Of a DNA stretch of 64,000 bases, positions 1 to 6,703 are shown piece after piece; positions within the stretch are counted from its first letter, which is position 1, and each line of letters starts with the position of its first letter. Below the pieces are notes generated by a model, which was not told the DNA's origin, did not search any database, and was given only the letters and a program-made list of their open reading frames with translations. Source of the stretch: a virus (Duplodnaviria > Caudoviricetes); the IMG/VR virus record IMGVR_UViG_3300032030_000024, positions 1-64,000 of that record; one strand, written 5' to 3'. Both the position numbers and the translations under genes were made by a program.

Positions 1-121
1 AGGCATCGAGTACCGAGAGGGCCGCGAGGAATGGGGAGCGGAGAAAGGCAAGAAATACCTCGTCGAAGTACTGGGCCGACGCACCACGCTCGACGGGACA
101 AAACTATGGGAGGACTGAACG

Positions 122-658
122 ATGACCAGCAACAGCAAAGCAAAGAAGCAACAGCCGTCGCCCATCGAGGCGAACAAGCTCATTAACCGGCAGTTCTACC
201 GCCGGATGGAGGTGATGGACTATCCCGACATCATCCACGTGAAGAACGACGACCCGCACCGTTCCGACGTGGTATGCTTCAAGACCTTCGGGCAGGCTTA
301 CATGGACGTGGTGCCGCACCCAGCTACGACCGAGGATGACTACCAGACCACGCAGTACATTCGTCCCCGTATGCTGGCAAAGGCATGGAGGGAGCGCATC
401 TTCGACGCCATCGACCGCTTGAAGCAGGACGAGACGTTGCAGTTTGCAGGCTTCGGCCACGAGTTCGACCACTGCTCCGTCAGTCAGGTCATCGAGGGCT
501 TGTATATCGCGGTCGGCAATATGGAGGAAATGCTCCGCGAACTGGAAGAGACGGGCTGCATCCGTCCCTACAACCGGGAGCGGGAACGCCGCGAGCAGGA
601 AGAGCGCATCCGCAAGATACAAGAGGCGAAATCGAATCAAGACAAACAAATAATTTAA
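122..658 (+). CDS. hypothetical phage protein
   Basis: 178-aa ORF with upstream GGAGG, collinear with the next genes; no recognised motif. Confidence 0.6.
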   Translation: MTSNSKAKKQQPSPIEANKLINRQFYRRMEVMDYPDIIHVKNDDPHRSDVVCFKTFGQAYMDVVPHPATTEDDYQTTQYIRPRMLAKAWRERIFDAIDRLKQDETLQFAGFGHEFDHCSVSQVIEGLYIAVGNMEEMLRELEETGCIRPYNRERERREQEERIRKIQEAKSNQDKQII

Positions 659-674
659 AACGGAAAAGGCGATT

Positions 675-968
675 ATGACGAAGGCAGAATTATACCCGGC
701 GGCGAGGCATCTGCGGGAGGCCATCATCTGGTTTATGAAGGAGACGGAGCGGCTGAACGGGGTCAGGACGGCCAACGCGACACCGATGGCGCACGTCGCC
801 TTCGACCTCCGCAGGCGTGACGGGAAGCAGGTGGGCGTGCAGCACTTCCAGGTGCCGGCAGGGCACACGGACAAGCTCATCGAAGCGCTCACGGGCATCT
901 ATGCCGCCGAGGTCGAGGACTTGAAGCGCAGACTGACGAATCTGGAATCATATAACGAAAAGGACTAA
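675..968 (+). CDS. hypothetical phage protein
   Basis: 97-aa ORF tightly packed in a + strand operon. Confidence 0.6.
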   Translation: MTKAELYPAARHLREAIIWFMKETERLNGVRTANATPMAHVAFDLRRRDGKQVGVQHFQVPAGHTDKLIEALTGIYAAEVEDLKRRLTNLESYNEKD

Positions 969-973
969 CGATT

Positions 974-1325
974 ATGAGAGAAATCAAATTCAGAGCGAAG
1001 CCAAACAAGGCTTATTTCTTTGAGTCGGACAACGTGCCGACGACGGACGGCTTCGTGTTCGGCACGCCCGACACGAGGATGCTCAACGTGCCTGGTGCCG
1101 ACAAGTGGCGCAAGGGGCACAAAATGGTTGACCAGCCCAGCATCGTGGCGATGACGCGCGACGGGTGGCCTACGTCGGCTACGACAACGACGCGGCGGCC
1201 TTCTGCCTCTATCATCCCGACGGCAGGCACGGCGGCACTCTGTGCAGGAACGGCGGCGACGCGGCCATCAAGGTGGTCGGCAACCGCTACGACAATCCCG
1301 AACTGATCAAGGTCAGGAAGGTATG
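974..1325 (+). pseudogene. YopX-family protein, frameshifted or internally deleted
   Basis: N-terminus MREIKFRAK and C-terminus IKVVGNRYDNPELI are YopX hallmarks but lie in different frames; the central GQxTGxxDxNGxxIYEGD block is absent near 1145. Confidence 0.7.
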
Positions 1326-1539
1326 AACAAACACAGATTCAACGGATTACACGGATTAAGATACACGATATGAAGGTACTTGACCGTTTATATTATATTA
1401 ATGTTCGCGTAATGATAGAGAGAAATGCCGTAAACGCAAGAAAAAGAGAGTGTTACGGCATTTTTACAGCTAACAGAAGCTAAAGACGCGCCTTATATGC
1501 AAAATAGAGCTAACATATTTGGATATAAGACACCTTATT

Positions 1540-1613
1540 CGTACCTTTGTACCAACAAAACGAAACAACCCCTTAGAACCCCGCAACGTAAAGGCCAGTT
1601 GCAAACGAGTATG
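1540..1613 (+). promoter_or_regulatory. Bacteroidota sigma-A promoter plus conserved leader (copy 1)
   Basis: TACCTTTG at 1542-1549, then ACCAACAAAACGAAAC..CCCTTAGA..ACGAGT-ATG, similar to the copies at 36523-36601 and 47069-47140. Confidence 0.6.
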
Positions 1614-2543
1614 AATACCAATAAGTCCCTTACCGAGCTGACAAACGAGATTCTGACCGCCAGAATGAGTGCCAACAAGAAGCAAGAAGCCCTTGTAAAG
1701 CTTGGCGTAACGCCATACGAGGCAATGGTGCTTGCCCGCGCCTCGATGCCCCTGCCGACGCCACGCGGCCACCGTACCCGCCCTGCCATCTTCACCTACA
1801 CCTTTGGCGTAGAGATAGAGTGCGTAGGTTGCTGCTACACCGACTTCTTCAACGCTGCCCGCCGCAACGGACTCAGCGTGTACGACCAGGTGTATTACAA
1901 CCACCGCGACATGCCTCAGTACAAGCTGACCACCGACAGAAGCATCAACGGCACGAACCCTGCCGAGTGCGTCACGCCAGCCCTGAACAGCACGGACGGC
2001 TTTGAGAGCCTACAGGCATGCTGCAATAGCCTGCGCGAAATTGGCGCTACCGCCAACAGCAGCTGCGGACTGCACGTACACATCGGCGCAGCCAGCCTTA
2101 CCGACCAAGAGTACTGCAACGTCTTCGTGAACTACATGCGCCTTGAGACCGCCATCGAGAGCTTTCTCGCACCGAGCCGCAGAGGACGAAATGCCCGCTG
2201 GTGCGCAAGCCTCCGCAAACACGAGTACGCAGTGCTCGATGCCACCACAAAGAATGATATGCGGGCTGCCCTGGATAACAACCGCTACCACAGCGTCAAC
2301 GCCAACGCCTACAGCGCCCACAGCACCATCGAGTTCAGACAGCATCAGGGCTCGACCAACTTCACCAAGATTAGCCATTGGGTAAAGTTCTTAGGCAAGC
2401 TGGTAGAGTTCAGCAAGACCAACCGCCTCACCGAGAACATCGACCGCATCGAGGACATCCCCTTCTTGACGCAGACCGAGAAGAACTGGTTCGCCAGCCG
2501 CAGACGCGAGTTTGAGGCTCGTACAGGCCGCAGAGTGGCATAA
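1611..2543 (+). CDS. amidoligase family protein (COOH-NH2 ligase)
   Basis: TFGVEIE, ECVTP, SCGLHVHIG and TIEFRQHQG motifs; start placed at 1611 after the conserved ACGAGT leader. Confidence 0.85.
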   Translation: MNTNKSLTELTNEILTARMSANKKQEALVKLGVTPYEAMVLARASMPLPTPRGHRTRPAIFTYTFGVEIECVGCCYTDFFNAARRNGLSVYDQVYYNHRDMPQYKLTTDRSINGTNPAECVTPALNSTDGFESLQACCNSLREIGATANSSCGLHVHIGAASLTDQEYCNVFVNYMRLETAIESFLAPSRRGRNARWCASLRKHEYAVLDATTKNDMRAALDNNRYHSVNANAYSAHSTIEFRQHQGSTNFTKISHWVKFLGKLVEFSKTNRLTENIDRIEDIPFLTQTEKNWFASRRREFEARTGRRVA

Positions 2544-2647
2544 AGGCACAATCACCCCACCGCCAGCAAGAAAACGCGACGGTGGGGCTTGAAACCGCCT
2601 CAGACACAAACGAAAAAAGTCAAACCATCAAACAATAAAAAACGATT

Positions 2648-3187
2648 ATGTGCGTGATAATAATACGTCCGGCAGGTAAAAGCCTGCCACCGAAGAGTGA
2701 ATTGAGAAAAGCCTATAACATGAACCACGATGGCTGCGGATTCGTCAGCAAGTCCACGTCCTATCACAGCATGGACTTCGAGGACTTCTACGAGCACCTG
2801 AAGGCCGTCCCGAAGAGCGAGCCTGTCATCATACACTTTCGGTGGGCTACCCACGGGTCTGTGAGCATCAAGAACACCCACCCGTTCTACGACAAGGCCA
2901 CGGACACCTACTTCGCCCACAACGGTGTACTCCCGATTACACCGCACGGCGACAGGACGGACAGCGAGGAGGCATTCCGCAAGTACCTCGTGCCGGCCAT
3001 CAAGAAGGACGGCTATGACGGCGACATGCTCAGATACACCGTCAACCAGATTATCGGTGGCAGTAAGTTCGCCTTCATGCACGAGGGCAAGATAAAGCTC
3101 TTCGGACACTTTGAAGAATACGGCGGTTGCCTCTACTCAAACCTGCGTCACCTGCCTTACAGCAGGGCGTGGTTTATGGCAAGCTGA
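2648..3187 (+). CDS. class II (Ntn) glutamine amidotransferase-like protein
   Basis: N-terminal MC, NHDGCG, HFRWATHG, NTHPF, FAHNG and TDSE motifs; the usual amidoligase partner. Confidence 0.85.
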   Translation: MCVIIIRPAGKSLPPKSELRKAYNMNHDGCGFVSKSTSYHSMDFEDFYEHLKAVPKSEPVIIHFRWATHGSVSIKNTHPFYDKATDTYFAHNGVLPITPHGDRTDSEEAFRKYLVPAIKKDGYDGDMLRYTVNQIIGGSKFAFMHEGKIKLFGHFEEYGGCLYSNLRHLPYSRAWFMAS

Positions 3188-3493
3188 CCGCCAGCGAAGC
3201 ACGGCATATTGCCGTGTGGCGATTGGGTCTCAATCATACTCGCGACCCGTCGCCTTTTAACTAAGGGTTGCCCCAAGGACGTTGTGAAACGCATACTTGG
3301 GGCTTTTTTTGATTACAAAAGCTAAATTACTGAGGTCTGTATGCGCGAGCCTGCAATAAGCGAGCAGATGATTGATGATTAACACATAGCTTAATGAAAA
3401 AACGAGGCTCACACGGCCTCGTTTTCTTGTTTGCGGGTAACCATCCCACACAACAGACTTCTTTGCGACAACGGCAAAGCAAACCGCCTTAAA

Positions 3494-3964
3494 TCAAACC
3501 GTCTGCTGCCAGCCCTGCGCGTTAGTGTAAAGAACCCTGCCGAGATGGAACATCAGGTAAGTACCGTCGCACGTTATATCCGTCAGCGCAACGGTGGCCG
3601 TCAGCGCATTCTTGCCCCTGCCCACGTACAGCACAAGCGCGTCGTAAGGCCGCAGGTAGCGCTTGCCGTCCTCCTCATAGCTACACTTGTTCACGTAGTA
3701 TTGATTCCCCCAATCCCTATACTCTATCTTCTTCGTACCAGCAAGGATGGCATCGAGGTACACCTTGTGGATGGAGAGCATCAGCGTCTTCATGCCCGTG
3801 GTCTTGGGCTTCAGCGGCTCCTTTAATGCAATCGTTTGCACAGGCCTTGGAAGCACGGCGCTCAGTTCCTGCTTCGTGATAATACGCAACAGCCTTTCAG
3901 CCTTGGCATCGTAGTTCAGGCTCGCATCGTTCACAATGGCTTGTATTTCCTGCTGTAATGTCAT
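3494..3964 (-). CDS. ASCH-domain protein
   Basis: LSIHKVYLDAILAGTKKIEYR ASCH motif. Confidence 0.75.
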   Translation of the reverse strand: MTLQQEIQAIVNDASLNYDAKAERLLRIITKQELSAVLPRPVQTIALKEPLKPKTTGMKTLMLSIHKVYLDAILAGTKKIEYRDWGNQYYVNKCSYEEDGKRYLRPYDALVLYVGRGKNALTATVALTDITCDGTYLMFHLGRVLYTNAQGWQQTV

Positions 3965-4177
3965 AATGGTGATATTTTCGGCAAAGATAACACTTTTTTC
4001 GGGATTGCAGCAAAAAAGTACAGAAGTTTAGGGTTTTTTGGAAGTCTGGCAACATGGGGCATGGTGTCAAAAACGAAAATATTTGGTAACAAAACATATA
4101 ATGGGTAATATATGCAAAATATAGCTAACTTATGCCAAAACGGTAGTCCAAACTATGCATATATTAAATATATTTCG

Positions 4178-4185
4178 TATCTTTG
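4178..4185 (+). promoter_or_regulatory. -7 promoter element upstream of scaffold A, array A and dCas12f
   Basis: TATCTTTG matches the Bacteroidota TAnnTTTG consensus, about 50 nt upstream of scaffold A. Confidence 0.65.
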
Positions 4186-4235
4186 CATCATATTACGAAA
4201 ACGAGCATGACGAATGAAACAAGCAACAATATTTC

Positions 4236-4287
4236 GGGCGGGCTGTACCGCCTTAACGTAAGGGCATCAGCCACTTATGAAGTACCT
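4236..4287 (+). ncRNA. tracr/omega-like scaffold A
   Basis: GGGCGG-GCTGTA-CCGCCT hairpin (loop complementary to repeat end TACAGC); CGTAAG/CTTATG hairpin; GTACCT complementary to repeat AGGTAC; abuts repeat A1. Confidence 0.75.
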
Positions 4288-4446
4288 CCTGTAAAGGGTC
4301 TGAATATTCAAGGTACATACAGCTACTTTATCATTTCAGATTCTCCTGTAAAGGGTCTGAATATTCAAGGTACATACAGCGCTGGAGCAGTTGCCTGAGA
4401 AACTGGTGCGCCTGTAAATGGTATGAATATTCAAGGTACATACAGC
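4288..4446 (+). CRISPR. CRISPR array A (3 x 36-bp repeats)
   Basis: CCTGTAAAGGGTCTGAATATTCAAGGTACATACAGC at 4288 and 4345, variant at 4411; spacers 21 and 30 bp. Confidence 0.8.
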
Positions 4447-4485
4447 GGCAGCCGTTATACAAAAAAATACAAAAACGGTAACAAT

Positions 4486-5637
4486 ATGGTAATAACAAGA
4501 AAAATTGAGGTCTTCGTTTGTGAGGACGACAAAGACCTTCGTAGGGCATACTACGATAAGCTCTATGCCAACAGAGACATAGCCGTGAAAGTGGCAAACA
4601 TGGCAATGAGCCACCTCTTTGCCCTTGACAACACCATGCCATACCTTTCGGCTGAAGACAAGGAGCTGATAGAGTTCCTTGGCGTGAGGGGCAACAAGGC
4701 CACGAAGCAGAACGCACCATACGTTGCCGCGAGCGAAGCATTCAAGGGTAAGGCCGACATGGGCACAATTTCCTGTGTGCTACAGAACGCGCAGAAGATG
4801 TACGCGGATGACCGCAAGCGCGGCATGTGGGACAGGTCGTTGCGCTCCTACAAGCAGAACATGCCAGTGCCGTTCAAGGCCGGCAGATTCCTGAACCTCC
4901 GCTTTGCTGAGTACACCAACGGCGAGGGTGAGAAGCGCGAAGGCTGCTTCTTCACACTGATGGGCGTACCCTTCCAGATGCGCTTCGGGCGTGACCGCAG
5001 CGGCAACAGGCTCATCGTAGAACGCGTGATTAGCGGAGAGTACAAGATGTGCACATCATCGCTCAAGTTCGACGGCAAGAAGGTCTTCCTGCTGCTCTGC
5101 ATGGATATTCCCAAGAAGGAGGTGAAGCTCGACGAGAAAAAGACTATGTATGCCTACCTTGGCGTGATGAATCCTATTATCTGCACCTGTGACGTGAGGG
5201 CAGCAAAGGAGTATGACAGCGGGTATAAGTGGTGGGAGATTGGCACGAAGGAGGAGTTCAACTACCGCCGCCGCCAGATTCAGGAGGCCGTGCACCGCTG
5301 CCAGATAAACAACCGCTATTCCGAGGGCGGCAAGGGGCGCAAGCGCAAGTGTCAGGCTATTAAGCGCTGGCACGAGAAGGAGAAAAACTACGTTGACACC
5401 AAGCTCCACACCTATAGCCGTATGCTCGTCGACCTTGCCGTGAATCACGGATGCGGCAAGATAGTGCTGCTCAACCAGACGACACGTGAGGACAAGGCAA
5501 AAGAGGACAACCAGAACGGTGAGCCCTTTGTGCTGCGTAACTGGAGCTACTACGGATTGAAGGACAAGATTTCCTACAAGTGCAAGATGGTGGGCATAAA
5601 GATGATAGTTGACAAGGATAAAGAGAATGAAGAATAA
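4486..5637 (+). CDS. cas12f: Cas12f-like protein, predicted nuclease-dead (383 aa)
   Basis: C-half resembles AsCas12f1 (GGKGRKRK..HTYSRMLVDLAVNHGCGKI..LRNWSYYGLKDKISYK); RuvC-I GIDLG reads YAYLG, RuvC-II MEDL reads LLNQ; the protein ends before the Zn finger/RuvC-III; the ORF-track start at 4423 lies inside repeat A3. Confidence 0.85.
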   Translation: MVITRKIEVFVCEDDKDLRRAYYDKLYANRDIAVKVANMAMSHLFALDNTMPYLSAEDKELIEFLGVRGNKATKQNAPYVAASEAFKGKADMGTISCVLQNAQKMYADDRKRGMWDRSLRSYKQNMPVPFKAGRFLNLRFAEYTNGEGEKREGCFFTLMGVPFQMRFGRDRSGNRLIVERVISGEYKMCTSSLKFDGKKVFLLLCMDIPKKEVKLDEKKTMYAYLGVMNPIICTCDVRAAKEYDSGYKWWEIGTKEEFNYRRRQIQEAVHRCQINNRYSEGGKGRKRKCQAIKRWHEKEKNYVDTKLHTYSRMLVDLAVNHGCGKIVLLNQTTREDKAKEDNQNGEPFVLRNWSYYGLKDKISYKCKMVGIKMIVDKDKENEE

Positions 5638-5648
5638 GACAAAATACC

Positions 5649-5699
5649 GGGTACGCTGTAGTGCCTTATGCGGAGGTTTGACCACTCCGTAAGTTGCCT
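5649..5699 (+). ncRNA. tracr/omega-like scaffold B
   Basis: GGGTAC-GCTGTA-GTGCCT hairpin; GCGGAG/CTCCGT hairpin; GTTGCCT complementary to repeat AGGCAAC. Confidence 0.75.
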
Positions 5700-5723
5700 T
5701 TCCGTTTGACTTCTAAAGAGTTA

Positions 5724-5862
5724 GGTGTAACACATCCGAAAAAGTAGGCAACATACAGCAAAACCAAGAACGTATTAAATTGAGCAATAGGTGTGACACA
5801 TCCGAAAAAGTAGGCAACATACAGCCGTAAGCATAAACAGACCATTACGGCAATCGGTGTAA
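5724..5862 (+). CRISPR. CRISPR array B (2 full 36-bp repeats plus a truncated third)
   Basis: GGTGT(A/G)ACACATCCGAAAAAGTAGGCAACATACAGC at 5724 and 5790; two 30-bp spacers; GGTGTAA remnant at 5856. Confidence 0.75.
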
Positions 5863-5907
5863 TAAGCAACGTACATTCCATGTAGATTCAGACAAATAAA
5901 AACTATT

Positions 5908-6186
5908 ATGAACAGATTCGCATTAGACACAAAAGTTAGCGGCATGGCCTTGGACGAGTACATGGCAAAGCTGATTGAAAAAAACGAAAAACAGGATATA
6001 GATATTGAGCGCGGAAAGCTCACCGTGAGCATACTGAAGCAAATGAACAACCGTTCCCGACTCCTTATTGATGCCGCGAAGTTTGAACTAAAAAGTCGCG
6101 ACTTCGTGAGAGAGGCGGTTGCCGCTCTTGAAACTGCCTCCCCTAAAGAAACGGAAAAAGAACATAAAGACAAAGATGCAGCATAG
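5908..6186 (+). CDS. small helical phage protein between arrays B and C
   Basis: 92-aa ORF; IERGK..ILKQM..RLLIDAAKF resembles a widespread uncharacterised phage family. Confidence 0.7.
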   Translation: MNRFALDTKVSGMALDEYMAKLIEKNEKQDIDIERGKLTVSILKQMNNRSRLLIDAAKFELKSRDFVREAVAALETASPKETEKEHKDKDAA

Positions 6187-6202
6187 CAATGTGCTTCCCA
6201 AC

Positions 6203-6254
6203 GGGGCGGCTGTACGCCCTTGTCGTAAGGCTGACAAGCACTTATGAACTATCT
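6203..6254 (+). ncRNA. tracr/omega-like scaffold C
   Basis: GGGGCG-GCTGTA-CGCCCT hairpin; CGTAAG/CTTATG hairpin; CTATCT pairs with repeat AGGTAG (one G-U); same length as scaffold A; abuts repeat C1. Confidence 0.75.
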
Positions 6255-6620
6255 GTTGTATGAGCATACAAAATGAAAGGTAGATACAGCTGAAAAACAG
6301 GAATCCTAAATTTTCGTGAGGTTGTATGAGCATACAAAATGAAAGGTAGATACAGCTGCAAGGGATGCGAGAACAGGAAGATACGTGTTGTATGAGCATA
6401 CAAAATGAAAGGTAGATACAGCTTCCATTGGTGGGTAATATCCTGCTTGCGCGTTGTATGAGCATACAAAATGAAAGGTAGATACAGCAAACGCAGCACC
6501 AAGTCTTGTGCACCCCAAGTTGTATGAGCATACAAAATGAAAGGTAGATACAGCACCGAAAAATAAGTACCTGATTTCATTATAATTGTATGAGCATACA
6601 AAATGAAAGGTAGATACAGC
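6255..6620 (+). CRISPR. CRISPR array C (6 x 36-bp repeats, 5 x 30-bp spacers)
   Basis: GTTGTATGAGCATACAAAATGAAAGGTAGATACAGC at 6255, 6321, 6387, 6453, 6519 and 6585 (last starts with A); unique 30-bp spacers. Confidence 0.97.
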
Positions 6621-6703
6621 GAAGTGCAACATTGTGCTGAAGAAATTGGTGACGTTACGTCAATGTAAATATATAATTGCCCGTGAGGGTAGACCTCTCT
6701 TGC

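Noticed and set aside
4423-4485. ORF-track start for the Cas12f-like gene
   Set aside because: The ATG lies inside repeat A3; 4486 (MVITRKI) is the more plausible start
6088-6632. Minus-strand ORFs with periodic peptides, also those over arrays A and B
   Set aside because: Translation artefacts of CRISPR repeats
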